A stretch of 64,000 nucleotides of DNA from Myxococcota bacterium (GTDB lineage: Bacteria > Myxococcota_A > UBA9160 > SZUA-336), in assembly GCA_965247115.1 (NCBI GenBank), contig CBDFGR010000002.1, positions 640,001-704,000 on the forward strand, written 5' to 3'. The translations under genes were made by a program, and so were the position numbers. The notes under the pieces are model-generated. The model did no database searches. It was given only the letters and a program-made list of their open reading frames with translations, and was not told the origin of the DNA. Each line of letters starts with the position of its first letter. Within the stretch, counting starts at the first letter, position 1. Shown here in pieces: positions 28,708 through 37,887 of the stretch.

Positions 28708-28735
28708 TTGAATCAGTCTCTCACCCAGGTAGATT
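28708..28735 (+). promoter_or_regulatory. Putative sigma70 promoter of tRNA-Leu
   Basis: TTGAAT-N16-TAGATT followed by a GC-rich discriminator. Confidence 0.5.
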
Positions 28736-28751
28736 CAGTCCCCCGGCCACT

Positions 28752-28840
28752 GCCCAGGTGGTGAAATTGGTAGACACGCCAGGTTGAGGGCCTGGTCCGG
28801 ATTTTTTCGGGTGCTGGTTCGAATCCAGTCCTGGGCACCA
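28752..28840 (+). tRNA. tRNA-Leu(GAG)
   Basis: Acceptor GCCCAGG/CCTGGGC-ACCA, anticodon arm CCAGG-TTGAGGG-CCTGG, long variable arm, GTTCGAATC T-loop. Confidence 0.97.
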
Positions 28841-28890
28841 CGGAAGCTGCATCACTCACGCCCCGTGGGCTCTCGTGAATCGGGCTGCGT

Positions 28891-29682
28891 TCAACCCCGT
28901 CGAGTGAGTGGCTCTACCTCTGGCCAGACGGCCTCCCCGTTGCTGCGGAACATCTCCACCACCGGCGGTGAGAGCCACTTCGAGACGCCACCCTCGTAGG
29001 CTGGGAGCGCCTTAACACGGGCGTACCAGCCAGCGACCTGCGGGCGCGCCTCAATCAGTTGTGTCATGGCCAGGTGATCGAGCCGGAGCACGTACGGGAG
29101 CACTCCGGCATCGGCGAGACCAAAGGCGTCTCCCGAGAGCCAGCCGCCGGGTGAGAGCGATGCGTCCATATCGTCCACGAGCTCGAGCATCTGGCTCAGA
29201 CCACCCGCAAACTCGGGCGCCTCTACTCCATTCTCGATCACGCTGCGACGGGCCGCGCGCCGCCCGGGGTCGGGAATCGCTGCAATGTTCGCCTCGCGCA
29301 CCTCCTCGGGCTGCCGGAGCAGCACGGGTCGCGGCCCGATCGCGAAGGTCACGATGCCGGTCGCCGGATGCACCTTCTCGTCGAGCCGCTTCGTCCACAT
29401 CCGAGCCGCGTGACGGGCGACCGGCTCGGCGGGCCGCATGGGCGGATCCGCGAACGCATCGTCCAGGTACTCGTTGATGAGGGTGGACTCGATCAGCACC
29501 GCCCCGTCATGGACCAGTGTAGGAACCACGTGATTCGGGTTGAGCTTCACGTAGGCGGGATCGTGCTGCTCTCCGGCAAGCAGGTCGAGCTCGTGGGAAT
29601 CGAAGTCGATCCCCTTGTGGGCGAGCACCAGACGGACCTTCTGCGAGCAGGTCGACAGGGCGGCGTGGTAGAGCGCGGGCAT
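28891..29682 (-). CDS. Glutathione S-transferase family protein
   Basis: STCSQKVRL, LNPNHVVPTL, ESTLINEYLD, FGLAD. Confidence 0.93.
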   Translation of the reverse strand: MPALYHAALSTCSQKVRLVLAHKGIDFDSHELDLLAGEQHDPAYVKLNPNHVVPTLVHDGAVLIESTLINEYLDDAFADPPMRPAEPVARHAARMWTKRLDEKVHPATGIVTFAIGPRPVLLRQPEEVREANIAAIPDPGRRAARRSVIENGVEAPEFAGGLSQMLELVDDMDASLSPGGWLSGDAFGLADAGVLPYVLRLDHLAMTQLIEARPQVAGWYARVKALPAYEGGVSKWLSPPVVEMFRSNGEAVWPEVEPLTRRG

Positions 29683-29890
29683 GGATCTGGACCTCCTTCG
29701 GACCGGTGATCACCTTACTGCATCCGCGGTCTCCAGTCCGAGACGGCCACCGACCCAGCTACCCCGTTGAAGAGGATCGGCTTTCTCGGATCTCCGGGCC
29801 AGGTTCGCGGCGGTCCCAAGCGAGCAGGGCCGAGCAGCCGCTAGACGCGCAACGGCACCCTCACCCTCAAGTGCTGACCTGACGTCGAGC

Positions 29891-29906
29891 CCAGTCCTGG
29901 GCACCA
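29891..29906 (+). repeat. attR-like copy of the tRNA-Leu 3' end
   Basis: CCAGTCCTGGGCACCA identical to 28825-28840; extends to TCGA with 2 mismatches. Confidence 0.88.
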
Positions 29907-30154
29907 GGAGAGGTCCGAGTCTCGCGGACTACGACCTTTCTGCAAGTGAGTTCTTCAAGCTGTTCGAGCAGGCTCCGAACGCGCGGTCCCAGTCTTGGTC
30001 GGAGATGTCGCCCTCGAACGCAGAGTCGAGGAGCCCTGCGCCTTCAGGTCCGCCATCGCCCGCTCGAACGCGAGGGGACGGGGGTTGCAGCACGAAACCG
30101 CCCGCTCCGGCGGCTACAGACATGGTGCTGGCTCCTCGGTTAGCGAACCTGCGC

Positions 30155-30571
30155 TTACGCGTTGGGATCGAACTTCCAGAACGTGTCCTTGATCAGGATC
30201 TTGCCGTCCTCGTCGAGGGTGTAGATGTCGCAACCATTGGCGTTGATCGTCGTGCCATCGGGCCGGGTGCCCTTGACTACCCACTCCGAGACCGCGCGGT
30301 TGCCGACGAAGAACCGGGTCGGCTTCTCCCAGCGCATGTCGCTGATCGTCTCGAAGCGGTCCTTGAGGAAAGAGCCGATCGCCGCCTTGCCTTTGAGGAT
30401 CGTGCCCTCCGGGTCCTTGCCGTGAGCAAGCCGGAACTCGCCGTCCTCGGCGAAGAACTCGACAATGGCCTCGACATCCTGCCGGTTGAAGGCCTCGGCA
30501 AACGAATCGAGATACTCGTTCGACAACGCGGGGACTCTCTGTTCTGCAGGTACGTCCATATCAAACTCCAT
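30155..30571 (-). CDS. NTF2/SnoaL-like protein
   Basis: FAEAFNRQD, G..AI, AVSEW, GCD.Y...G.I..KDTFWK. Confidence 0.88.
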   Translation of the reverse strand: MEFDMDVPAEQRVPALSNEYLDSFAEAFNRQDVEAIVEFFAEDGEFRLAHGKDPEGTILKGKAAIGSFLKDRFETISDMRWEKPTRFFVGNRAVSEWVVKGTRPDGTTINANGCDIYTLDEDGKILIKDTFWKFDPNA

Positions 30572-30598
30572 TCATCGGTTGGATTTCGTGTGATCGAA

Positions 30599-31414
30599 CT
30601 AGGCCCGGCCTGCATGCTTCAGCAGGAAGCCCAAAGTGGTAGTGACGAACTCCTTGGGATGGGAATAAGGCGTGAAGTGGCCACCCTCCTCGATGAAATG
30701 CAACTCCGAGCCCTCGATGTGCTCGTGTAGATAGCGCGATTGGGACGGCAGCGTCGAACGATCGAGGCTGCCGCAGGTGATCAACGTCGGTATGCCCTTG
30801 ATCAGGCGGAGCCGATCGCGTGTGTCGTGGGACTTGACCGCCTGTCCATGTCCTAGGATGGCTTTTTCGCCCATGGGATAAGGGTTGCTATTGGCCCGCT
30901 CGATGAACTGCGCCACACGATCCTCGTTCGTGTTGCACCATTCGGGGCTGAAGAAGCTCACGATTCGGGTGCCCACGTTCACCACTGGATCGTTCTGGGC
31001 GATGAGTATGCTGCGGATGTTCACCCAGCGGTCCATATGAGGGCAGGGCCCACCTTCCCAGGTCGAGTTGAGGGAGAGCGTGAGCAGCTTTTCCGGATAG
31101 TGGATCGCCATCTCCTGGCCGATCGCACCACCCATCGAGAAGCCGCTGAAGTGGATCTTGTCGAGCTTGAGGTGATCCATCAGCGCGGTAACGTCGTGCA
31201 CCATGTCGAGAATCTTGTAGCCCGGCGGCGGCACGTCGCTCTGACCGCCGCCGCGGGCGTCGATGATGATCGTGCGGAAGTAGCGCGCGTAATCGTCCAA
31301 GGGGTCGAGCCAAGCCGTGTGATCCTGACCGTAGCCGTGCACGAGCACGAGTGGCTCGCCTTGGCCGTGCTCCTCGTAGTAGAGCTTCAGCCCATCGTTC
31401 TCGTAAAATGGCAA
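30599..31414 (-). CDS. Alpha/beta hydrolase (PcaD/RutD-like)
   Basis: VLVHG, DARGGGQS, GFSMGG, GSLD, GGH; TTG start at 31414 after GGAGGGG. Confidence 0.9.
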   Translation of the reverse strand: MPFYENDGLKLYYEEHGQGEPLVLVHGYGQDHTAWLDPLDDYARYFRTIIIDARGGGQSDVPPPGYKILDMVHDVTALMDHLKLDKIHFSGFSMGGAIGQEMAIHYPEKLLTLSLNSTWEGGPCPHMDRWVNIRSILIAQNDPVVNVGTRIVSFFSPEWCNTNEDRVAQFIERANSNPYPMGEKAILGHGQAVKSHDTRDRLRLIKGIPTLITCGSLDRSTLPSQSRYLHEHIEGSELHFIEEGGHFTPYSHPKEFVTTTLGFLLKHAGRA

Positions 31415-31535
31415 TGTTCCCCTCCCGTGATCGCGATTCGACCGTGCCGACTCCTCCGGTCGACCCCATGTCATCTCGCCGCACGTACTCTTGATCGCCG
31501 GCCATAGTACCCTAGGGGGCAGCGAAGCGAGCTCA

Positions 31536-31697
31536 ATGTTTCAATGCGTAAGAGCCTGGGTCGTGCGCGGTGCCGTTTTTCAGTCGGTGATCGTGGGTGG
31601 CGGTTACGGCACGGGGCGCGAGGTTGTAGAGTTCATCAGCGGGAATGGTCCTCAGGGCGGTCTCGTCGCAACCGCATTGATTGGCGTCCTGTTCAGC
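31536..31697 (+). pseudogene. N-terminal remnant of a YkvI-like membrane protein
   Basis: FQSVIVGGGYGTGREVVEF motif; similarity ends after about 54 codons. Confidence 0.65.
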
Positions 31698-31776
31698 CGA
31701 TCCTCGTGTGCTGTGTGTTCTGCTACGAGGACCCGGATGAGGCCGCAAGCTGGCGGTGCACTACATCACCGAGTAC
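31692..31776 (+). repeat. Diverged 85-bp copy of an internal segment of the LLM gene (43540-43625)
   Basis: Manual alignment: 7 substitutions and 1 deletion; QPILVCCVFCYEDPDE vs QPIVVCHVFCHEDPNE. Confidence 0.88.
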
Positions 31777-31828
31777 CCACCCGGGTCGAACTCTGCCACT
31801 CTGTTCCCGGAAACTATCGTGAGAGGAA

Positions 31829-32881
31829 GTGAACATGGCGAGTGGCTCGACTCCCGAGGGCGTTATCGAGCTGGATGAGCTCGAGATCCTGGTCGTCGTC
31901 GACAACGAGACGGATACACTCTCGAGCGTCGACAAGGACGTCCCGCAGATCCCCGAGATAGCGAATCTGGCTGCGCGGACGCCTCCCACGCGCCACTACG
32001 AGGGGCACGAGTGCGTGCAGGTGTTCGACAAGCTGTGCTGCGCCTGCCACGGCCTCTCGGTCTTGATCACGGGCCACCGCGGGGGCGAGGAGCGATCCAT
32101 GCTCTTCGATGTCGGCCCGTACCCAGACGTCTGGCTCGACAACGCCAGGCGCCTCGACGTGGATCTGTCCAAGATCGAGTGCCTGTTCCTGTCGCACTGG
32201 CACTTCGATCACAGCGGGGGACTGCCCGAAGTGATCTCGGCCATCACGCGCGCGCGGTCGGCCGCTGGACGGTCCGCGCCCGTCGTCGACCTGCATCCCG
32301 ATCGGCCTGACCAGCGGGGCGTCCTCATACCCGGCGGTCCGCTGCTAATGCTCCCCAGGGAGCCGAGCTTCGACGCCATGAGGCAGGCCGGCGGCCAAGT
32401 CACCACCCACGACGCCCCACATCCGCTCTGCGACGGCTTCTTCTTCGCCAGCGGAGCGATCGAGCGCGTCACTGAGTACGAAAAGGGCCTGGTCGGCCAC
32501 CACACCTTCCGCGGCGACGAAGGCGGCCCCGACCCCCTGATCATGGACGAGCGATTCGTCGCGGCGTGCGTCCGCGGCGTCAGCGTGTTCTCGGCGTGCT
32601 CGCACGCGGGAGTCGTGAACGCGTGCCTCGAAGCCAAGCAGAGTTTTACGGACATGCCCGTCGATGTCGTGCTCGGCGGTTATCACCTGGCTGGACGAGC
32701 GATGGAGGAGCGCATCGAGCCGACGGTCCGGGACCTGCTCGCGCGCATCGAGCCCCGCGTCGTCGCCCCCGGGCACTGTACCGGCTGGCGGGCGAAGGCG
32801 TGCCTTGCGGAAGCCTTCGCGCCGGGCCGTTACGGCCCCAGTGTCGTGGGCACGATGTATCACCTGCAGGCGGACGCCTAG
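31829..32881 (+). CDS. MBL-fold metallohydrolase
   Basis: VVVDN, HGLS, FDVG, SHWHFDHSGG, ACSHAG, GGYHL, PGHCTG. Confidence 0.9.
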   Translation: MNMASGSTPEGVIELDELEILVVVDNETDTLSSVDKDVPQIPEIANLAARTPPTRHYEGHECVQVFDKLCCACHGLSVLITGHRGGEERSMLFDVGPYPDVWLDNARRLDVDLSKIECLFLSHWHFDHSGGLPEVISAITRARSAAGRSAPVVDLHPDRPDQRGVLIPGGPLLMLPREPSFDAMRQAGGQVTTHDAPHPLCDGFFFASGAIERVTEYEKGLVGHHTFRGDEGGPDPLIMDERFVAACVRGVSVFSACSHAGVVNACLEAKQSFTDMPVDVVLGGYHLAGRAMEERIEPTVRDLLARIEPRVVAPGHCTGWRAKACLAEAFAPGRYGPSVVGTMYHLQADA

Positions 32882-32933
32882 CGCGTGACTGGCGCAGCTA
32901 GCCCAGGAACGCGAACGAGTTCCCCACGAGTAG

Positions 32934-33359
32934 ATGCGGGTCCTCGAACGCAGCGCGACGATCACCGGCCTCGGCCAGTCAGAGGTGGGGCGGCGCCTCG
33001 AGCGCGATCCGCTCGCGTTGACGGCCGACGCGTGCCTCGCGGCGATCGAAGACGCTGGCCTGCGTCGCGAGGACATCGACGTCCTGTCCACCTATCCCGG
33101 AGGCATGGCGGGTGGAGGCGCAGGTTTCGCCGGACCCGGGATTCCGGAGGTACACGATGCTCTACGCCTCGAGCTCTCCTGGTTCAGCGGTGGACCGGAG
33201 TTGCCGGGGCAGCTGGGTGCGGTCGTGAACGCGTGCATGGCGATCGCTACGGGACTGGCCAGCCATGTGCTGTGCTACCGGACCGTCTGGGAGTCGACCG
33301 CGCAGGGAGCTGGGCGCCGCGCGCCGATCGGCCAGGGGGCGCGCCGCGCCGTCGGCTAA
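32934..33359 (+). pseudogene. Truncated thiolase-like (SCP2/lipid-transfer type) gene, N-terminal third
   Basis: ITGLGQS, ACLAAIEDAGL..EDID, AIATGLA.HVLCYR; 141 aa versus about 380-400 aa typical. Confidence 0.75.
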
Positions 33360-33416
33360 CTCGCTCACCAGCGGATTTCCTCCCCTCCGATCTTGCACCG
33401 GGTATTCTCCTGGGCG

Positions 33417-35905
33417 ATGGCGGGATCCGAGATCGAGCGTAGGCTTGCGGCAATTCTGTCGGCGGACGCGGTCGGCTACTCGCGTCTTATGGCGGACGAC
33501 GAGGCGGCGACGATCCGCTCGGTTCAGGAGAGTCGGGCGCTGATCGGCGAGGTGGCGGCCACCTACGGAGGTCGGGTCGTCGATGCACTCGGCGACAACA
33601 TCCTGGCCGAGTTCCCGGCCACTCTGGCAGCCGTCGAGGCCGGGATCGAGATCCAGAATCGACTGCGTGAGCGAGGGTCAGAGACTCCGGAGAGTCGTCG
33701 CATGCAGTTTCGCATCGGCATCCACCTAGGCGACGTCGCGACCGACGGCACGTCCCTCTACGGCGACGGGGTCAACATCGCAGCACGCCTGGAAGGGCTC
33801 GCAGAGCCGGGAGGGATCTGCATCTCGGGCGAGGTTCACGGTCAAGTTCGGGGTCGGATCGACAGGGACTTCAACGATCTCGGAGACCAAGTGGTCAAGA
33901 ACATCCCGCAGCCGGTTCGCGTGTACCGGCTCAAGTCGGCACGTGCGGAGCCCGCGACGAGAGAAAGCGGGGGAGGACGCCGCAGCATCTGGACCGCGGC
34001 AGCCGCGGTGGTCGCTGTGCTGGCGGTCGGTTTGTTTGCCTTCTGGCCCGGGGAGAGGCTCCCCGAGCCGGTGGCGATGGGGCCCTCGATTGCGGTGCTG
34101 CCGTTCGCGAATCTGAGCGCGGATCCTGACAACGAGTACTTCTCGGATGGCCTGTCCGAGGAGATCCTGAACTCCCTCGCCCAGCTGCGGGGGCTCAAGG
34201 TCGCAGCGCGCACGTCGAGCTTCGCCTTCAAGGACCGGAACGTCGACCTCGTCGAAGTGGGTGAGCAGCTCAACGTAGGTACGCTGCTCGAAGGCAGCGT
34301 GCGGAAGCAGGGGACCCGCGTCCGGATTACCGCGCAGCTGATCAACGTCTCGGACGGCTACCACATGTGGTCGGAGAGCTACGACCGCGAGCTCGACGAC
34401 GTCTTCGCAGTCCAGGCGGATATCGCGAAGGAGGTCGCCCGGATGCTCCGCGTGACGCTGCTCAACGCGGAGGCCGAGCGGATGGCAGTGCCCGACACCC
34501 AGAACTCGATGGCGTACGACAAGTACCTCTGGGGACTGCAGCGAGCCAGCGAGTTCCGCGTTACTTCGGTGCTCGAAGCGGTGGACTACTTCAGGGAGGC
34601 GACCGAGCTCGATCCAGACTACGCGAAGGCGCATGCCGGCGTCACGAACGCGCTCGCTCTGGCGTACACGACATCGGCGATCCCGGCTGAGTCGTTCGTC
34701 CGCGAGGGCGCAGCGCACGCGGAGCGGGCGATCGAGCTCGATCCCGGCTTGAGCGAGGCGCACTGCGCGCAGGGGGCGGTACTCCTGGCCCAGGGGCAGG
34801 CACGCGAGGCCGAGGCGGCCTTTCGGCTGGCCCTGAAGCTCAACCCAGGGAACAGCCCGCGGCGTTCTCCTATGGGAACATGCTCGCCGGGCAGCACCGC
34901 TTCGAAGAGGCGCTCGCCATTTTCGAGCAGGTGCTCGAGCGAAGTCCTTTCGATGCCACGCTCCGAGGCTACAAGGGCTGGACGCACGATTACCTAGGTG
35001 ACCACGAGGAGGCGCTGGCCTCCTACTCGCGCGCTCGGGCCATCGACGCATCAAACCCGTTCGGATTCTTGGGCCCAGGCTTCGCGACTGCTGCCACAGG
35101 AGAGCTCGCCGCCTCGGCCGACTGGTTCGAGCGCGCCGCGATGGTAGACCCGAGCGATGCCGAGCTCTTCGCGTGGGCCGCGCTCATGCACCTGTCGCTC
35201 GACGACACGGCGAGCGCGACCCGGGCCGCGGAGCACGCCGTTGAGCTGAATCCGCTGAACACCGTACCGCTAGCCGCGCGCGCACTCGTGCACGTGTTCG
35301 TCGGAGAGGACGACCGAGCGGTCGAGGTGGCACGACGCGGACTCCTACCCGATGTGGTGCGCCGCTTCGGGAACACGATCGCGTTGCTCCGGATCCTGCG
35401 GAACGAGCTGGTCGCCAGCGATCGGATCGACGAGGCGATCAATGTGTACGAGGCGGCCTTCCCGACGCTCCGGACCGCGTCGCCGTTCCGGAACTTCCAC
35501 GCGGAGTTTCCGCAGCACCCGATTGGCGAGCTCGCCCGGGCCGCCATCGACGTCGCCCATCTTCGAAAGATGGCAGGCGACGTAGCCGCGGCCGAGCGCC
35601 TGATCGACCTCACCCTGGCGGCGCACGACCGCGATCCCTATCTCGGCTACCTGTGGCTGTATGGGCCGGGTACGGTGCGCGTGGAGCTCGCGTTGATCGA
35701 GGGTCGCCACGAAGCAGCACTGGAGGCGCTCGATGCCCTCGTGGACGGCGGCTGGAGCGTCAGCTGGCGCTGGGAGATCGAGCGCAACCCGATCTACGAT
35801 CCGGTGCGGGACGACCCCCGGTACCTCGCGATCGTCGAGCGACTCGAGCGGCACGTCCTCGCACAGAGGGGCGCGATCGAGTCCGCCTCGCGACTCGCGC
35901 GATAG
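33417..35905 (+). CDS. Class III nucleotide cyclase-TM-TolB-like-TPR protein, frameshifted near 34857
   Basis: AILSADAVGYS, RIGIHLGDV, GDGVNIAARLE, SIAVLPF.NLS; TPR reading continues in ORF 34880-35905 (NPGNS then AAFSYGNMLAGQ). Confidence 0.85.
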
Positions 35906-36020
35906 AGACTGCTGCCCGACGGGCGGCTCCAGCCTCCCGCGTCGGGATCCACGGATTGTAGAGATGCAATAGTTTCGCGGTGTATCGTACTGTCAATTTC
36001 TCACCACAAGGGGAGCGAGC

Positions 36021-37124
36021 ATGAAATTCGGTGTGATCTACGACTTCCGTAATCCCCCGCAGCCGGAATTCTTCGAACCGTGGCCCGAATTCTACGCCGG
36101 CACGCTCGAACACATCGAGGAGATGGAGCATCTCGGCTTCCACGCGGTGAGTCTCGCCGAACATCACGGCGACCCGGACGGCTACAATCCGGGTATCGCG
36201 GTGACCCTGACCGCGGCGGCGATGCGCACCAAGCGGGTTCGCATCCAGTCGAACATTCTCCAGTTGCCTTTCCACCACCCCGTCCTCCTGGCCGAGCAGC
36301 TGGCGGTGCTCGACATCCTTTCGGGTGGGCGATTGGACGCGGGCTTTGGCCAGGTCGGGGAGACCTTCGACATGGAATTCTCGATGCTCGGGGTGAATCC
36401 CAAGTTTCGGCCGAGTCTTCTCGAAGAAGGGCTCGAGATCATTCGACGCTCGTGGATCGAAGACGACCCGTTCGACTTCCACGGGAAGCGATACGACCTG
36501 CGGGGCGTTTGGATCAATCCGAAGCCGCTGCAACGGCCCCACCCCCCGATGTACGTCGTGGCGCCTTCTTATGCTGCGAAAACGGGAACAGCGATGGACC
36601 GCGTGGCGCGAATGGGGTTGGACGTCGGTGCAATCGGCGGCTTCTTCACAGGTCTCACAGGGGGTGAGATGTGGAGGCAGTGGTGGGAGGCATGGCAGCG
36701 TGCTTGCGAACGCAATCAGCGTGATCGCAGCTACGCCCGGATCCACACCTTCGGCACGTGCTACGTCACAGACGATCCAGAAAAGGCGTGGGCGGAACAT
36801 CGCCTCGGTTTTCTGCACAGCTTCAACTACGAGCGGCAGGGAGTGCGCCCCTACAGTTCCCTGTTCATGGAAAAGCCACCGGAGCGGCCCGAGGACATCC
36901 CGGGGTGGGAAAAGGTGTTCGTCACGCCGGACTATGCGATCGCCGAACTGCGCACTTTCTATGCCGACGGGGCGCCGGACGAGATCCATCTGATCGGCAA
37001 AAAGCCCGGCATGAGCTGGGAACAATCGGGGCAGTACATGCGGAATTTCATCGAGAGGGTCGCACCGGCCGTCCAGGATTTAGCGCCCGAACGCGAATCC
37101 GCTTGCCGCGAGAACGCGACGTAA
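36021..37124 (+). CDS. LLM-class flavin-dependent oxidoreductase
   Basis: LAEHH, LAEQLAVLDILSGGRL, PKPLQRPHPP; same subfamily as 13787-14794. Confidence 0.93.
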   Translation: MKFGVIYDFRNPPQPEFFEPWPEFYAGTLEHIEEMEHLGFHAVSLAEHHGDPDGYNPGIAVTLTAAAMRTKRVRIQSNILQLPFHHPVLLAEQLAVLDILSGGRLDAGFGQVGETFDMEFSMLGVNPKFRPSLLEEGLEIIRRSWIEDDPFDFHGKRYDLRGVWINPKPLQRPHPPMYVVAPSYAAKTGTAMDRVARMGLDVGAIGGFFTGLTGGEMWRQWWEAWQRACERNQRDRSYARIHTFGTCYVTDDPEKAWAEHRLGFLHSFNYERQGVRPYSSLFMEKPPERPEDIPGWEKVFVTPDYAIAELRTFYADGAPDEIHLIGKKPGMSWEQSGQYMRNFIERVAPAVQDLAPERESACRENAT

Positions 37125-37420
37125 AGGGGCGCTCTGGGGACTGACGGAGCACGGCCTCGAGCCGCGCTCCGATCCAGAGCCCTGAGCCACCCCGCCGAGG
37201 CCACGGGCCCGTAGACGTTCACGAGGGAGTCGATGCGCGAAACGGCCTATCTGCTGTCGGCGTCGTCCCGAATTGAGCTGAGTTACTCTCCTACCCTATG
37301 GAAGGGCACTCAAGAGGGCCCTTCGGGTTCTGACAATGGCTTCCCCGTTCGATCGAGTCGTCTGAAGGTCAGCAGAGAATTTCCGCGGTATCATCGAATA
37401 GTACACAGAGGAGAGGCAGC

Positions 37421-37849
37421 ATGAGGTCCACACTTGCACTTCTTAGCACCGTCGCGCTGCTCGCCGGGTGCGAGGATCCGGCTCCGCCTCCTGCCGAGAC
37501 GGTCGTCGAGGCAGGGCAGATCCAGATCGTGCATCCGGACGAGTATCTCGAGGAGTCCGACGGAACCGCGCTGTTGCGCAAGCTGGCCACCAGGTCCCGC
37601 GGATCGAATCGAGTCGAGTTCCAGCATGTCGTGCTTACCGAGGCTCTGGAGGGGGGGCCAGTGACCTACGACAGTCAGGACGAGTTCGTCTACGTGCTCA
37701 AGGGCCAGATCGACCTCACCACCGAGGGTCAGACACATCACATCGGGCCCGGCAGCTTCTTCTTCGTTCCCCAAGGTTTGCCCTACGACTTCAAGGTGAT
37801 CGAAGCACCCCTCGAGGTCGTTGCAGTCTTCTCTCCGCCGGGCGAGTAA
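37421..37849 (+). CDS. Cupin-domain lipoprotein
   Basis: Lipobox LLAGC; DEFVYVLKG, GPGSFFFVP. Confidence 0.8.
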   Translation: MRSTLALLSTVALLAGCEDPAPPPAETVVEAGQIQIVHPDEYLEESDGTALLRKLATRSRGSNRVEFQHVVLTEALEGGPVTYDSQDEFVYVLKGQIDLTTEGQTHHIGPGSFFFVPQGLPYDFKVIEAPLEVVAVFSPPGE

Positions 37850-37887
37850 CGGAGCGGTCGCCGACCAGCGGCATCGGGGATCCGACC

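Noticed and set aside
29710..30123. Small ORFs 29710-29904 and 29929-30123
   Set aside because: No recognisable motif or convincing start context; one overlaps the att repeat; possibly remnants
37227..37290. ESMRETAYLLS resembling a YefM antitoxin segment
   Set aside because: Too short, no N-terminal domain and no toxin gene; may be chance
37125..37420. Hairpins between the LLM and cupin genes as a riboswitch or ncRNA
   Set aside because: GC-rich stems present but no known consensus recognised; needs an Rfam/Infernal search
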